The translations under genes were made by a program, and so were the position numbers. Of a DNA stretch of 64,000 bases, positions 38,910 to 50,118 are shown piece by piece. Under the pieces are notes generated by a model. The model saw nothing but the letters and a program-made list of their open reading frames with translations, was not told where the DNA came from and ran no database searches. This stretch comes from Erysipelotrichaceae bacterium. Its GTDB lineage: Bacteria; Bacillota_I; Bacilli_A; RFN20; DUOF01. Numbering within the stretch: position 1 is the stretch's first letter; every line of letters starts with the position of its first letter. The stretch spans positions 50,727-114,726 of the forward strand of contig SVBH01000002.1 of assembly GCA_015058985.1 (NCBI GenBank), read 5' to 3'.

Positions 38910-39809
38910 ATGGAAGAATTAATTGCTGAATATGGAAGATATTTGGTGGTAGAAAAAGGAGTTTCTTTAAATACCCATAAAGGTTATCTGTCTGATTTAA
39001 ACAAGTTTAAATTATTTTTGAAAGAGCAAAAAGTTTCTTCTTTTGATAGTGTTACAAAAGAGCAAATTAAATTATATATAGAGGTTTTACGAGAAAAAGT
39101 AGAATCTATTACTGTTAATCGAAATCTAGTATCTATTAGAAATTTTTATAATTTTCTTTTACTAGAACAAAGAGTGAAAGAAAATCCTTGCGAAACTATA
39201 GTGAATCCTAAGATAAACAAAAAAATTCCTACGGTCTTATCTTTAGAGGAAGTCTTATCTTTGCTTGAAATAATTGATGAAGACCTCTATGGAAAAAGAG
39301 ATAAAGCAATGCTAACATTGATGTACAGCTGCGGTTTAAGGGTTAGTGAATTAGTGAATTTGAAAATAAATGATTTATTTTTGCAAGAAGCATTAATTAA
39401 GTGTAAAGGAAAAGGAAGTAAAGAAAGAGTGATTCCCATTAATGAATACGCAATCACTATTCTTTTAAGTTACATCAATGATTCCAGAAAAAAAATGTTA
39501 GTTGAGAAGAAAAGTGCATCATACTTATTTTTAAATAAAAATGGAAATCAGTTATCGCGTGTTTATTTTTGGAAAATGGTTAAAAAATATGCTGTCAAGG
39601 CCAAAATTAAGAAGGAAATTTATCCTCATACTTTAAGACATTCTTTTGCTACCCATCTATTGGAAAATGGCGCTAACTTAAGAATCATTCAAACTTTGTT
39701 AGGGCATGAAAATATTACTACTACGCAAGTTTATACCCATATTTCCTCTGCATCTTTACAAGAAAATTATCAAAGATATCATCAAAAAATTCACAAAATT
39801 AAAAAGTAA
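38910..39809 (+). CDS. xerD: Tyrosine recombinase XerD-type
   Basis: LRVSELVNL, RHSFATHLLENGANLRIIQTLLGHENITTTQVYTHI; 299 aa. Confidence 0.8.
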   Translation: MEELIAEYGRYLVVEKGVSLNTHKGYLSDLNKFKLFLKEQKVSSFDSVTKEQIKLYIEVLREKVESITVNRNLVSIRNFYNFLLLEQRVKENPCETIVNPKINKKIPTVLSLEEVLSLLEIIDEDLYGKRDKAMLTLMYSCGLRVSELVNLKINDLFLQEALIKCKGKGSKERVIPINEYAITILLSYINDSRKKMLVEKKSASYLFLNKNGNQLSRVYFWKMVKKYAVKAKIKKEIYPHTLRHSFATHLLENGANLRIIQTLLGHENITTTQVYTHISSASLQENYQRYHQKIHKIKK

Positions 39810-39819
39810 TTTAAAAAAC

Positions 39820-39848
39820 TTGAAATTATATTTTTAGAATGGTATTAT
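39820..39848 (+). promoter_or_regulatory. Promoter for tRNA-Arg(TCT): TTGAAA-17-TATTAT
   Basis: -35 39820-39825, -10 39843-39848, tRNA begins 10 nt downstream. Confidence 0.45.
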
Positions 39849-39858
39849 ATTGGTACGT

Positions 39859-39935
<77 letters not shown>

Positions 39936-39960
39936 TTTTTTTATTTAGAGAGGTTTTTTT

Positions 39961-40791
39961 ATGGAAGAAAAAGAACTTTTAGAGAAAGCTAATTCTTGTT
40001 TTGAAAATAAACAATATGATTCAGTAATTAGTTTAATAGAGCAAAATAAAGGAATAATCCAAAAACACTATCATGCTTTAAATATTCTTTATATAAAATC
40101 TTTATATGAAAAGAAAAATTATCAAGAAGCTTTAAGTTTAGTAAAAGAAGAATTATCAATGCCATATATTCCAATGGAATATGAGGATATATATCATAAT
40201 ATATACAGGGATGTTGTTAATGAAATGACTGAACAAGTTGAATTTCCTAAGATGAGTGAAGAAGATATCAAGTCAGTTTTAACTAGTAGACCTGTAAAAG
40301 AAGAAACAATGTTCACCATTGCTAGTTTGAAGGAAAAAAACATCAGAAATTATTTGCCTGAATTGAAACTATTTATGTCTGATCCTTCAGTAGATAATGT
40401 TTACAAAATGGTTGCATTATTAATTTTAAAATCTCAAGAAGTTTCTACTGAAATTGATTTTATTTCGAAAACAGGATCTAAAAAAATTAATCCTGTAGAA
40501 TATACTTTACCATTAGAAGAATGTGGAGTGGTCGATAAGGCCTGCGAAATCATTAACGAATGTAATAAAGACTATAATTTCAAAGAATGTGCTAAGGCAA
40601 TTACAACAGGAATGATTGTTTCTTTATTACCACTTGAAATTGAAAAAGATGATGTAACAGAACTTGCTGCTTTTGGATATTATAAAGCATGTCAAATGCT
40701 ATCGATTTCCATAACATTGGAAAAATTATTAGAAATTTTCCCAACTATAAATTTAGATAAAATTAATTATCTTCTTAGTATTGAAATGTAA
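39961..40791 (+). CDS. Hypothetical protein, 276 aa
   Basis: Intact ORF, RBS gagagg; no family recognised; terminator gaataga/tctattc at 40801-40824. Confidence 0.4.
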   Translation: MEEKELLEKANSCFENKQYDSVISLIEQNKGIIQKHYHALNILYIKSLYEKKNYQEALSLVKEELSMPYIPMEYEDIYHNIYRDVVNEMTEQVEFPKMSEEDIKSVLTSRPVKEETMFTIASLKEKNIRNYLPELKLFMSDPSVDNVYKMVALLILKSQEVSTEIDFISKTGSKKINPVEYTLPLEECGVVDKACEIINECNKDYNFKECAKAITTGMIVSLLPLEIEKDDVTELAAFGYYKACQMLSISITLEKLLEIFPTINLDKINYLLSIEM

Positions 40792-40857
40792 TTATTGAAA
40801 GAATAGATAATTCTATTCTTTTTCTTTTGATTGTTATATAATAAAAGAGGTGATTGT

Positions 40858-42174
40858 ATGAAAAATAATATGTTGAAATTTACCTCTTTCTTTTTAACGG
40901 TTTTTTTAATTTTAACAGGATGTAAAAAAGAAGAAACATTTAAAAGAGCATATTATAAGACTGTTTATGATGTTTATAACACTCATGTAAATTTGTCTTC
41001 TTTTAATCAAAAAGATTTAGATAATCTTTTTCCAGGATTTTCAGCTTTAGCAGTAAGTCTTCACAAAGACTTTGATCGTGATGCAAAGTATTTAAATGAA
41101 GATTATAATTTTTTCAATAATCTGAAAGTTGTTAATGATGCATATGGTACAGGGCAAACAATTAAAGTAAGCGATAATCTTTTTTATGTTTTAAAACTTT
41201 CAATGAAAATGTTTGAATTAACTGAAGGATATTTTAATCCTGCACTTGGTTCTTTAATAGATATTTGGAATCCAAAATTTGAATATACTTCCTTTGATTC
41301 TGAAGAAATGTTTATGAATAATGACCCAAATGCTTTAATGATTAATAAAGCACTTAATTGTGTGCCAACTTATAATGAGTTGAAAACTATTTTAATATTG
41401 AATGAGGAAAGAAAAGAAATTACTTTTAATTCATTAAATAGATGTGATGGTAGAGTTATTTTGAGTTTGGGAGCCATTGGAAAAGGATATGCAATGGATA
41501 AACTAAAAGAATATTATTTGTCTAATACAAGCACTTCTGGAAGTATAGATGGAGGCAGTAGTTCTCTTTTAACTATTGGAAATAATCCAAATAAAAGAGA
41601 AGGAAAAGATGGAGCATATGATAATTATTGGAATATTGAAATAAAAGCTCCTTATCCTAATCAACATGAAAGACTATTTATTTATCAAAACAAAGGAGAT
41701 TTAGCAGTTTCAACATCTGGTAACTCTGTAAAATATTTCTATTTAGTTGATGATAGTGGCAATAAACTTTGTCAAGGAACATCAGGGTTTAGAATCTGTG
41801 ATGAGTATGAAGTTCCAATTAGAAGAACTCATATTTTAAATCCTTTTACGGGATATCCTGAAAATTATTACGACAATATAACTATAATTAGTAAACAAGC
41901 AAGTGCTGGTGTACTAGATGCTTTGACTACTGCAATATACAACGTTGGTGATTTTGAAACTGTTAAAAGAATTATTAAGAATGTTGAAACATATTTTAAT
42001 GTAGAGATAGATTATTATTTTGGCAAGATGGTGGAGGTTGAATATTTAACTGAATATGATTCTATTGGTAAAAAGTTAAAAGTTAGTATGATAGTTAATG
42101 ATTCTATGAATGAAAAAATTGATGATTTAAATGAAAATTTAATAAAAGAAAAAAATGTTATAAATCTCGATTAA
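40858..42174 (+). CDS. ApbE-like FAD:protein FMN transferase lipoprotein (tentative)
   Basis: Start ATG 40858 after AAGAGGTG; lipobox ILTGC; LSLGAIGKGYAMDKL resembles the ApbE GAIAKGYAVD motif. Confidence 0.5.
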   Translation: MKNNMLKFTSFFLTVFLILTGCKKEETFKRAYYKTVYDVYNTHVNLSSFNQKDLDNLFPGFSALAVSLHKDFDRDAKYLNEDYNFFNNLKVVNDAYGTGQTIKVSDNLFYVLKLSMKMFELTEGYFNPALGSLIDIWNPKFEYTSFDSEEMFMNNDPNALMINKALNCVPTYNELKTILILNEERKEITFNSLNRCDGRVILSLGAIGKGYAMDKLKEYYLSNTSTSGSIDGGSSSLLTIGNNPNKREGKDGAYDNYWNIEIKAPYPNQHERLFIYQNKGDLAVSTSGNSVKYFYLVDDSGNKLCQGTSGFRICDEYEVPIRRTHILNPFTGYPENYYDNITIISKQASAGVLDALTTAIYNVGDFETVKRIIKNVETYFNVEIDYYFGKMVEVEYLTEYDSIGKKLKVSMIVNDSMNEKIDDLNENLIKEKNVINLD

Positions 42175-42236
42175 TTATATTGAAAACTGACAACTTGTCA
42201 TTTATAATTTTATAGTCAAATAAGGGAGGGCAAAAA

Positions 42237-45200
42237 ATGAGTAAATATAGTGTTAAAAAACCTATATCAGTATTGATGATGTCTTTAATTATCATAGTCT
42301 TAGGATTTTTCTCAGTTTCTAAGATGAAACCATCATTATTTCCTGATATGGAATTACCTTATATGGTAGTAGTAACTACTTATACTGGGGCAACCCCAGA
42401 GGAAGTTGAAACTGAGGTAACTAGTAAAATTGAAACTGCAGTTGCATCTTTAACTAATTTTAAGGAAGTAACTTCTACATCAAATGAACATTACAGCATG
42501 ATTACAATTACTTTTAATGATGGTGCAAATTTAGATACAGCACAAGTAGAACTTCGTGAGTCATTAAGTATTATTGATTTTGCAGAGGGAGTTAGTATTC
42601 CTACAATTATGAAAATCACTCCTGATTTGATGCCTGTAATGCAAGTATCTATTGCTAGAGATTATGAAGGCTTAGATGATGAGCAAGAATTAATCCAAAC
42701 TACTAATTGGGTGGAAAATGAAGTCATAGACAAACTTAAATCAGTGAATGGAGTAGCTAGCATTACTACATCTGGTGGAGCTGAAACAGTCCTACAAATT
42801 CAATTCGATGAAACTAAAATGTATGGATTAAATTCTGATCAAGTTTTAGACATTATTGAAAAACAAAATATATCTAATTTAGTCGGTGTAGCCTTAGATA
42901 ATGGTGAAATTAGATTAGTTTATTTGGGAAATAAAATAAATGTTTTATCTGAGTTAAAAAATCTACCTATTACTTCTTATGGAGGAGAAGTAGTAAGACT
43001 TGAAGATATGGTAGTAGCGGATGGAGTTAAATTTTTAAACCAAAATAGAGGATCATACTTCAAAATAAATGGAAAACAATGTGTTTCTTTGTCTATTCAA
43101 AAATCAACTAATGTTGCTGTTACAGAAGCAACTGAAAATATTAAAAAAGCATTAAATCGTATTGAAAAGGAATATGATGGAGCTTCTTATATTGTTTTCT
43201 TTGATCAAGGCGACTACATTGAAGTAGCTATTGACTCAGTATTAGAAAATCTATTATCAGGAGCGCTTTTGGCTATTCTTATCCTATTTATTTTCTTAAG
43301 AAATTATCGTCCAACTTTAATTGTTGCAGTTTCTATTCCGTTAAGTGTTATAGCTGCATTTGCTATGATGTATTTCTTAGGTGTTGGATTAAATATGCTT
43401 TCGATGGGTGGTTTAGCTCTTGCAGTTGGAATGCTAGTAGATAATTCTATCGTTGTTATTGAAAATATCTATAGAATGAGACAAGAAGGAAAATCATCTA
43501 AAGAAGCTGCTATTTACGGAGCAAAAGAAGTAGCAGGAGCAATTACTTCTTCTACCTTAACTACAATCTGTGTTTTCTTACCAATAGCTTTTGTTTCAGG
43601 TTTAATTGCGGATGTAATGCTAGATATGATTTATACTGTTGCTTTCTCTTTACTAGCAAGTTTATTCATAGCGTTAACAATTATTCCTTGCATGTCTAGT
43701 AGAATTTTAAAAGGTGAAAACTTTGGAACTGATGGTAGATTAACCACTAAAATTAAATCTTGGTATGAAAAAGGCGTTTCTTTCTGTTTAAAATATAAAG
43801 TATTAACAATTATAACAGCAGTTCTTTTATTAGTAGGATCAATAGTTGCTTCATTTTCAAAAGGATTTATACTTCTGGATAGCATGGATGAAGGAACAAT
43901 TACTGCTACCGTCGTTTTAGCAGAGGATGTTACTTTTGAAGAACTTACTGAATACGCAGATTACTTGTACGAAGACATTAATAGCGTTGCTCCAAAAGCA
44001 ATTGAAACAGTAAGTGTAACTTACAACCAATCTAGTTCTTCATTAACTTTGAGTGAGTCAGCAGGACAAAAAATTATCGATATTAGCATTTCATTGTCTG
44101 ATGGAAATAGAAAATCTTCTGAATATTATGCTAAAAAAATAAATACTAAATTGAAAAATTATGATTATTCAAGAGTATCAATTGATGAAACAGATGTGAT
44201 TGGTTTTGAAAGTGTGGCAGATGCTTCTTCAATTACAGCTTTAACTGCTAATGGAGTTAACATTAGAGTTAAAGGTGAAGACCTAGAAACAATGGAGAAA
44301 ATTGCTAATAAAGTAGCTTCTATAGTTTCTAGCGTTGAAGGTATTGAGACTGTTGATAATGGAGTAAACACAGATCTTTACAACGTAAAAATCAATGTAA
44401 ATAGAGATGATGCAATTTTAGCAGGATTAACTCAAACTGATGTAAATAATAGTTTAAACCTATTTTATACTAATCCTTTGTTAGGAGCAGTGGCATCAGG
44501 TCAAACAAAGACGATAGTAATAGAGGGAATTGAGTATGAAATATCTATTCCTACAAGTTCATCAGTAAATCAAATGTTTGGTTTATTTGGAACTTATCAA
44601 GACTTCTTATCAGGAGTTCAAGTATTTGATACTAACACAAGAAATTTATTATTGACTTATACATCAACTTCTATAGATGATGCAATATATACACCTTTAT
44701 TTACAGGAGGAAAAATTGTCTTATCTTTAAATGATGATTTATACAGAGTAGAGTCTAGTGATACAATTGAGATTAAATACTATGAAGATGGAGAAGGAGC
44801 GCCAGTAGGGGCTGTTAAAATAACTGATTTAGCAAAAGGAAAATTAACTGAATTTGCAGAAGTAACCACTGTTACAGGGTATTCTACAATTAATAGTGAT
44901 GGTAAGTATCGTTACTTTGATGTAAAAGCATCTTTAAAGGATGGTTATAATATTACAAAAGTAAGTTCCGAAGTTAATAAAAAAGTAAACGCTTATTTGG
45001 ATAGCGAAGAATTTAAAGCATATGGAAGTAACTTCAAAGTTGAATTTAAGGGTGAAAATGAGGAAGTTATGAGTGCTGTTAAAGACTTATTTGTGGCATT
45101 GCTTGTAGGAATTCTTATTGTATATATGATTATGGCAATTCAATTCCAATCAATAAAATACCCACTCATAATATTAGCTGCTATTCCGTTAGCATTTACA

Positions 45201-45587
45201 GGTGGTTTGTTAGCTTTATGGATTTGCGGTTTTACTATGAGCGTAGTTGCTATTATGGGACTTATTACTCTTGTAGGAGTAGCAGTTAATAATGGCATCG
45301 TTTTAATTGATTATATCAACATTCTAAGAGAAAGTGGAAAAGGAATTAAGGAATCAATAATTGAAGCTGGAAAAACTAGATTAAGACCAATCTTAATGAC
45401 AGCATTAACTACAATTTTAGGATTATTAACTATTGCTTTTGGATTTGGCACAGGAAGTGAATTGTTGCAACCAATGGCTATTGTAGTTGTTGGAGGATTA
45501 TTCTATTCAACAATTTTAACTTTAATTGTGATTCCTGTTATCTATGGAATGTTTAACCATAAAAAATTAAAAGAAGAAATGAAATAA
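42237..45587 (+). CDS. RND-superfamily efflux transporter (AcrB/HAE1-like), no adjacent periplasmic adaptor or OMP gene
   Basis: 1116 aa, 12 predicted TM in a 1+5 / 1+5 arrangement with two large extracytoplasmic loops; N-terminus MSKYSVKKPISVLMMSLIIIVLG...LFPDMELPYMVVVTTYTGATPEEVE typical of AcrB family. Confidence 0.8.
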   Translation: MSKYSVKKPISVLMMSLIIIVLGFFSVSKMKPSLFPDMELPYMVVVTTYTGATPEEVETEVTSKIETAVASLTNFKEVTSTSNEHYSMITITFNDGANLDTAQVELRESLSIIDFAEGVSIPTIMKITPDLMPVMQVSIARDYEGLDDEQELIQTTNWVENEVIDKLKSVNGVASITTSGGAETVLQIQFDETKMYGLNSDQVLDIIEKQNISNLVGVALDNGEIRLVYLGNKINVLSELKNLPITSYGGEVVRLEDMVVADGVKFLNQNRGSYFKINGKQCVSLSIQKSTNVAVTEATENIKKALNRIEKEYDGASYIVFFDQGDYIEVAIDSVLENLLSGALLAILILFIFLRNYRPTLIVAVSIPLSVIAAFAMMYFLGVGLNMLSMGGLALAVGMLVDNSIVVIENIYRMRQEGKSSKEAAIYGAKEVAGAITSSTLTTICVFLPIAFVSGLIADVMLDMIYTVAFSLLASLFIALTIIPCMSSRILKGENFGTDGRLTTKIKSWYEKGVSFCLKYKVLTIITAVLLLVGSIVASFSKGFILLDSMDEGTITATVVLAEDVTFEELTEYADYLYEDINSVAPKAIETVSVTYNQSSSSLTLSESAGQKIIDISISLSDGNRKSSEYYAKKINTKLKNYDYSRVSIDETDVIGFESVADASSITALTANGVNIRVKGEDLETMEKIANKVASIVSSVEGIETVDNGVNTDLYNVKINVNRDDAILAGLTQTDVNNSLNLFYTNPLLGAVASGQTKTIVIEGIEYEISIPTSSSVNQMFGLFGTYQDFLSGVQVFDTNTRNLLLTYTSTSIDDAIYTPLFTGGKIVLSLNDDLYRVESSDTIEIKYYEDGEGAPVGAVKITDLAKGKLTEFAEVTTVTGYSTINSDGKYRYFDVKASLKDGYNITKVSSEVNKKVNAYLDSEEFKAYGSNFKVEFKGENEEVMSAVKDLFVALLVGILIVYMIMAIQFQSIKYPLIILAAIPLAFTGGLLALWICGFTMSVVAIMGLITLVGVAVNNGIVLIDYINILRESGKGIKESIIEAGKTRLRPILMTALTTILGLLTIAFGFGTGSELLQPMAIVVVGGLFYSTILTLIVIPVIYGMFNHKKLKEEMK

Positions 45588-45691
45588 GATAGCGCTTAGC
45601 TATCTTTTTTTATCAACATAATATTTAAATAAAATATTAAATCTAGTAATTTAATAATCTTTCATTTATAATGAAACACGGTGATGCATTT

Positions 45692-46330
45692 ATGAAAAAA
45701 TTAAAACAACTTGAATGGATTTTACCATTCGTCTTATGTCTAATATGCGTAGCAGGAATTTTTGCTCTAATTGAGTTAGATAGAACACATGGGATTTTTG
45801 CTTGTGTAGTAGCAATAGTTTTACTATGGGTACCATATCTAATTACTAGATATACTCCAATTAAAATACCTACAACTTTACAGTTTTTAGCAGTTGTACA
45901 TATTTTCTTGGGTATTTTCTTAGGATCAGGTTTAGAATTTTTCTATATGGTATCTTTTTGGGATGTGTTCTTACACACATGGTCTGGATTTTTATTTTCA
46001 CTTGTGGCAATTTGGGTTTTAGTAGCTTTAAAAGAAAAACCAAGTTTAATAGCAACGATTCTTTTTGCTGTTGCACTTTCGTCAATGGTAGGAATGGTTT
46101 GGGAAATATATGAATTTAGTGTTGATTCAATTGTAAAAGATTCTAATATGCAAAAGTTTATGACTGAAGATTTAGTTCCTTTCGTTGGTAGAGGTGCTTT
46201 AGGTGATACTATGGAAGATATGATTTGTAACTTTGTTGGATCTATCGTATTTGCAATAGCTTACCTAGTAGATCATTATTTTAATAAATCAAGAATTATT
46301 ATAGCAATTGAAGAAGATTTTTCTAACTAA
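45692..46330 (+). CDS. Membrane protein, hypothetical (YjdF/DUF2238-like?)
   Basis: ~212 aa, 5-6 TM; ATG 45692 after GGTGA, alternative ATG at 45671. Confidence 0.4.
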   Translation: MKKLKQLEWILPFVLCLICVAGIFALIELDRTHGIFACVVAIVLLWVPYLITRYTPIKIPTTLQFLAVVHIFLGIFLGSGLEFFYMVSFWDVFLHTWSGFLFSLVAIWVLVALKEKPSLIATILFAVALSSMVGMVWEIYEFSVDSIVKDSNMQKFMTEDLVPFVGRGALGDTMEDMICNFVGSIVFAIAYLVDHYFNKSRIIIAIEEDFSN

Positions 46331-46383
46331 TTTTTAAAAAATGTAGTATAATTAAAAAGTCGAATTATTTAATGGAGGATTTT

Positions 46384-47664
46384 ATGAAGATAGAAACTAA
46401 AAATATTGTGGCTTCAAAATATGAAGTTAACGTAGTAATGGAAGGTACAGAATGGACAACTGAAGTAGATAAAGCTTTTAACAAATTAGCAAAAAATGTT
46501 TCAGTTCCTGGTTTTAGAAATGGTAAAGCACCAAAAGAAATGATTAAAAAACATTTATCTCAACAAAAGGTTTATAGTGAAGCAATTGATTCTGCTATGC
46601 AAATTGCCTATCAAAAAGCATTAGAAGAATCTAAACTTCAACCAATTATTAGACCATCAGTAGAAGTAAAAGATTTTGCTGAAGATCATTTTGAAGTAAC
46701 TTTTGTAGTTACAATTGCGCCAACTGTAACTTTAGGACAATATAAAGATATAACAGTTCAAAAAGAAGAAGTAAGTGTAAGTGAAGAAGAATTAAGCAGA
46801 GCATTAAAAAATGTTCAAGAAAGAAACGCAGAACTTACAATGGTAACTGATAGAGCAGTTGAAAAAAATGATATCGTCAATATTGATTTCACAGGATACG
46901 TTGATGGAAAAGAATTTGAAGGTGGAAAAGCGAAAGGATATAGTTTAACAATAGGATCTAACACTTTCATTGCTGGATTTGAAGATCAAATTATTGGTAT
47001 GAGAACTGGTGAAGAAAAAGATATTTTCGTTGTTTTCCCTGAAAACTATGTACCTGATTTAGCAGGAAAGAATGCAACTTTCAAAATCAAACTAAATGAT
47101 ATTAGAGTTAAAGTTTTACCTGAACTTGATGATTCATTGGCTTTAGATGCTGATATTGAAAATGTTTCAACATTGGAAGAATTAAAAAATCATTTAACAG
47201 CAGATATCAAAAAATCAAAACAACAACAACAAGATTCAAAACAATTCCAAGATTTATTAAATAAAATTGTTGAGGGGGCTACTGTTGAAGTGGCAGATAC
47301 TTTAGTTAATGCTCAAATTGATTATAAAGTTGATGGTTTGAAGAAACAAATTGAACAAAATGGAATTACATTTGATCAATATTTAAAAATGACTAACAGC
47401 AATGAAGAAAAATTAAGAGAATCATTAGTAAATGATGCAACTAAGTCAGTTAAAACAACATTTGTAGTTGAAGAAATTATTAAAGTTGAAAATTTAAATG
47501 TTACTGGTGAAGAAGTTGAAGCAGAAGTAACTAAGTTAGCAAATCAATATAACATTCCTGTTGATGAATTCAAAGGAAAAGTAAAAGATCAATTAGATTA
47601 TTTATACTATAATTTAAGAGATAAAAAGTTATATGATTTCTTAAAAACAAATAACAATTTCTAA
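46384..47664 (+). CDS. tig: Trigger factor
   Basis: MKIETKNIV..., GFRNGKAPK ribosome-binding motif, FKBP-like middle domain; start ATG 46384 after GGAGG. Confidence 0.93.
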   Translation: MKIETKNIVASKYEVNVVMEGTEWTTEVDKAFNKLAKNVSVPGFRNGKAPKEMIKKHLSQQKVYSEAIDSAMQIAYQKALEESKLQPIIRPSVEVKDFAEDHFEVTFVVTIAPTVTLGQYKDITVQKEEVSVSEEELSRALKNVQERNAELTMVTDRAVEKNDIVNIDFTGYVDGKEFEGGKAKGYSLTIGSNTFIAGFEDQIIGMRTGEEKDIFVVFPENYVPDLAGKNATFKIKLNDIRVKVLPELDDSLALDADIENVSTLEELKNHLTADIKKSKQQQQDSKQFQDLLNKIVEGATVEVADTLVNAQIDYKVDGLKKQIEQNGITFDQYLKMTNSNEEKLRESLVNDATKSVKTTFVVEEIIKVENLNVTGEEVEAEVTKLANQYNIPVDEFKGKVKDQLDYLYYNLRDKKLYDFLKTNNNF

Positions 47665-47678
47665 AAATGATTAAAAGG

Positions 47679-47706
47679 ATGATAAAAATGATTATCATTC
47701 TTTTTT
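47679..47706 (+). terminator. Rho-independent terminator after tig
   Basis: atgataa/ttatcat stem, T6. Confidence 0.5.
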
Positions 47707-47751
47707 ATTTCATAAATAATTGGTATAATATACCAAGTGGAGGTAATAAAA

Positions 47752-50118
47752 ATGGAAAATGTTATAGAAGTAAAATCTTATTATTTACCTGTAATTTCTA
47801 CTAGGGGTTTTGTTTATTTCCCTAATAATGATGTGAAAATAGATGTAGCACGTAGTTTTAGTTTGAATGCTTTAGAAAATTCAAAGGCAGATTTTGATTC
47901 ATATGTGATAATTGTTTCTCAAATAAATCCTGTAAAAGATGAATTTGATAGCAACAATTTATATAAAATGGGAGTATTAGCTCAAATTAAGAATATTAAT
48001 AGTTCTAGAAATGGAATAAGTTCTTTAAAAGTTGAACTGCATATTATTGAAAGAGTTTTATTGAAAAACTTTGAACTAAAAGATAATTGTATTTTTGCTA
48101 GTGGCAATACTGTTACAGAAGTATCAGGTGATTTCAAAGAAGAAATGGCATTAGTAAAAAGATTATCAAAATTAGTGGAGGATAGTTCTGAAGCTTTTGG
48201 TGCATTGCCAAAGGATGCATCCGGTACTTTACTTGAAGGTGTTTCCGCTTCTGTTTTAGCAGATACTTTAGCTAACTATATGATTTTACCTGTTTTTAAG
48301 AAACAACAAATTTTAGAAACTTTAAATATTAATGATCGTATTATGCATATCATTATGTTTTTAGAAGAAGAAAAATATGCAAAAGAAATAGATAGAGAAA
48401 TTGATAATAAAGTTAGAAAAAGAATTGAAGAAAATCAAAAAGAATATATCTTAAGAGAAAGACTTAAAGCTATAAAGGAAGAACTTGGTGAAGAATATAA
48501 TAAGGATGAAGAAATCAATGCTTGGAAAGCTGTAGCGCAAGATGAAAGAATTCCTGAAAATATTAGAGTTCGTTTACTTGAAGAAATTAAAAAATATGAA
48601 ATTATGCCAAATATGAGTCAAGAAGCTATGGTTATTAGAACATATGTTGATTGGCTAGTAAATCTTCCTTGGTATCAAATGGATGAAGGTGAGCAAGACT
48701 TTAATAAAATTGAAAAAGTTTTAAATGAAAGCCATTATGGATTAGAAAAGATAAAAGAAAGAATATTAGAATATTTAGCTGTTCAAAAATTAGTTAATTA
48801 CAATAAGAGTACAATTCTTTGTTTTGTAGGGGCTCCTGGAGTAGGTAAAACTTCATTGGCTTTATCTATTGCAAAAGCACTTGGTAGAAAATATGTCAAA
48901 ATGGCTTTAGGTGGAGTTAGTGATGAGGCAGAGATAAGAGGTCATAGACGTACATATGTAGGAGCAATTCCTGGTCGTATTATCCAAGGGATGAAAAAAG
49001 CAGGTGTCGTTAATCCGGTCTTTGTTTTAGATGAAATTGATAAAATAGGACAAAATGCTTACAAAGGCGATCCTTCTTCTGCTTTACTAGAAGTTTTAGA
49101 TCCAGAGCAAAACAAAATTTTCTCAGACAACTATTTAGAGGAACCTTATGATTTATCAAAAGTTGTCTTCATTGCAACTGCTAACAATATTGAAACAATT
49201 CCTGCACCACTTAGAGATAGATTGGAAATTATCCGTTTGTCTTCTTATACAGAAATTGAAAAACTAAATATTGCTAAGAAACATTTATTTGATAAACAAT
49301 TAAAGGAAAATGGTTTAACTAACAAACATTTAGAGTTTTCTGATGAATCTTTACTTCACATTATCAGATATTACACAATGGAAAGTGGTGTAAGACAACT
49401 TGAAAGAGAAATAGGTACTATTTGTCGTAAAGTTGCTGTTAAAGTTTTAAAATCTGATAGTCCTAAGAAAATAAAAATATCCGTTTCATCAGTTAATAAA
49501 TATCTAGGAAAAGAAAAATATGACTTTACTAAGAAAGAAAAAACTAATCAAATAGGTGTTGTTACAGGTTTGGCATATACTGATTTTGGTGGAGATATTT
49601 TAAATGTAGAAGTTACAACCTTTGATGGAAAAGGACGTACTATTCTAACCGGTAGTCTAGGCGATGTTATGAAGGAAAGTGCTGATATCGCTTTAGATTA
49701 TGTAAAAGCTAATGCCAAAAAATATGGTATTACCACTGATTTTGAGAAAACTGATATTCATATTCATTTTCCTGAAGGTGCCGTTCCTAAGGATGGTCCT
49801 AGTGCAGGAGTAACAATGACTACTGCTATCGTCAGTGCTTTGACTAATACGCCTGTTAACAAAGATGTAGCAATGACAGGAGAAATAACTTTAAGAGGAA
49901 ATGTTTTACCTATTGGAGGATTAAAAGAAAAATCAATTTCTGCTTTAAGAAGTGGTATTTCTACCATTGTTATTCCAAAGGAAAATGAAAGAGATTTAGA
50001 TGACATTCCTCAAGAAGTAAAGGATCAATTATCTATTAAATTTGCTGATTCAATTGATACTGTTTTAGGTATAGCTTTAGTAAAAGAGGTAACTAACAAT
50101 GCAATTTCACAACGCTAG
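47752..50118 (+). CDS. lon: ATP-dependent Lon protease
   Basis: Walker A GAPGVGKTS, protease motif PKDGPSAG with catalytic Ser; start ATG 47752 after GTGGAGGT. Confidence 0.95.
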   Translation: MENVIEVKSYYLPVISTRGFVYFPNNDVKIDVARSFSLNALENSKADFDSYVIIVSQINPVKDEFDSNNLYKMGVLAQIKNINSSRNGISSLKVELHIIERVLLKNFELKDNCIFASGNTVTEVSGDFKEEMALVKRLSKLVEDSSEAFGALPKDASGTLLEGVSASVLADTLANYMILPVFKKQQILETLNINDRIMHIIMFLEEEKYAKEIDREIDNKVRKRIEENQKEYILRERLKAIKEELGEEYNKDEEINAWKAVAQDERIPENIRVRLLEEIKKYEIMPNMSQEAMVIRTYVDWLVNLPWYQMDEGEQDFNKIEKVLNESHYGLEKIKERILEYLAVQKLVNYNKSTILCFVGAPGVGKTSLALSIAKALGRKYVKMALGGVSDEAEIRGHRRTYVGAIPGRIIQGMKKAGVVNPVFVLDEIDKIGQNAYKGDPSSALLEVLDPEQNKIFSDNYLEEPYDLSKVVFIATANNIETIPAPLRDRLEIIRLSSYTEIEKLNIAKKHLFDKQLKENGLTNKHLEFSDESLLHIIRYYTMESGVRQLEREIGTICRKVAVKVLKSDSPKKIKISVSSVNKYLGKEKYDFTKKEKTNQIGVVTGLAYTDFGGDILNVEVTTFDGKGRTILTGSLGDVMKESADIALDYVKANAKKYGITTDFEKTDIHIHFPEGAVPKDGPSAGVTMTTAIVSALTNTPVNKDVAMTGEITLRGNVLPIGGLKEKSISALRSGISTIVIPKENERDLDDIPQEVKDQLSIKFADSIDTVLGIALVKEVTNNAISQR

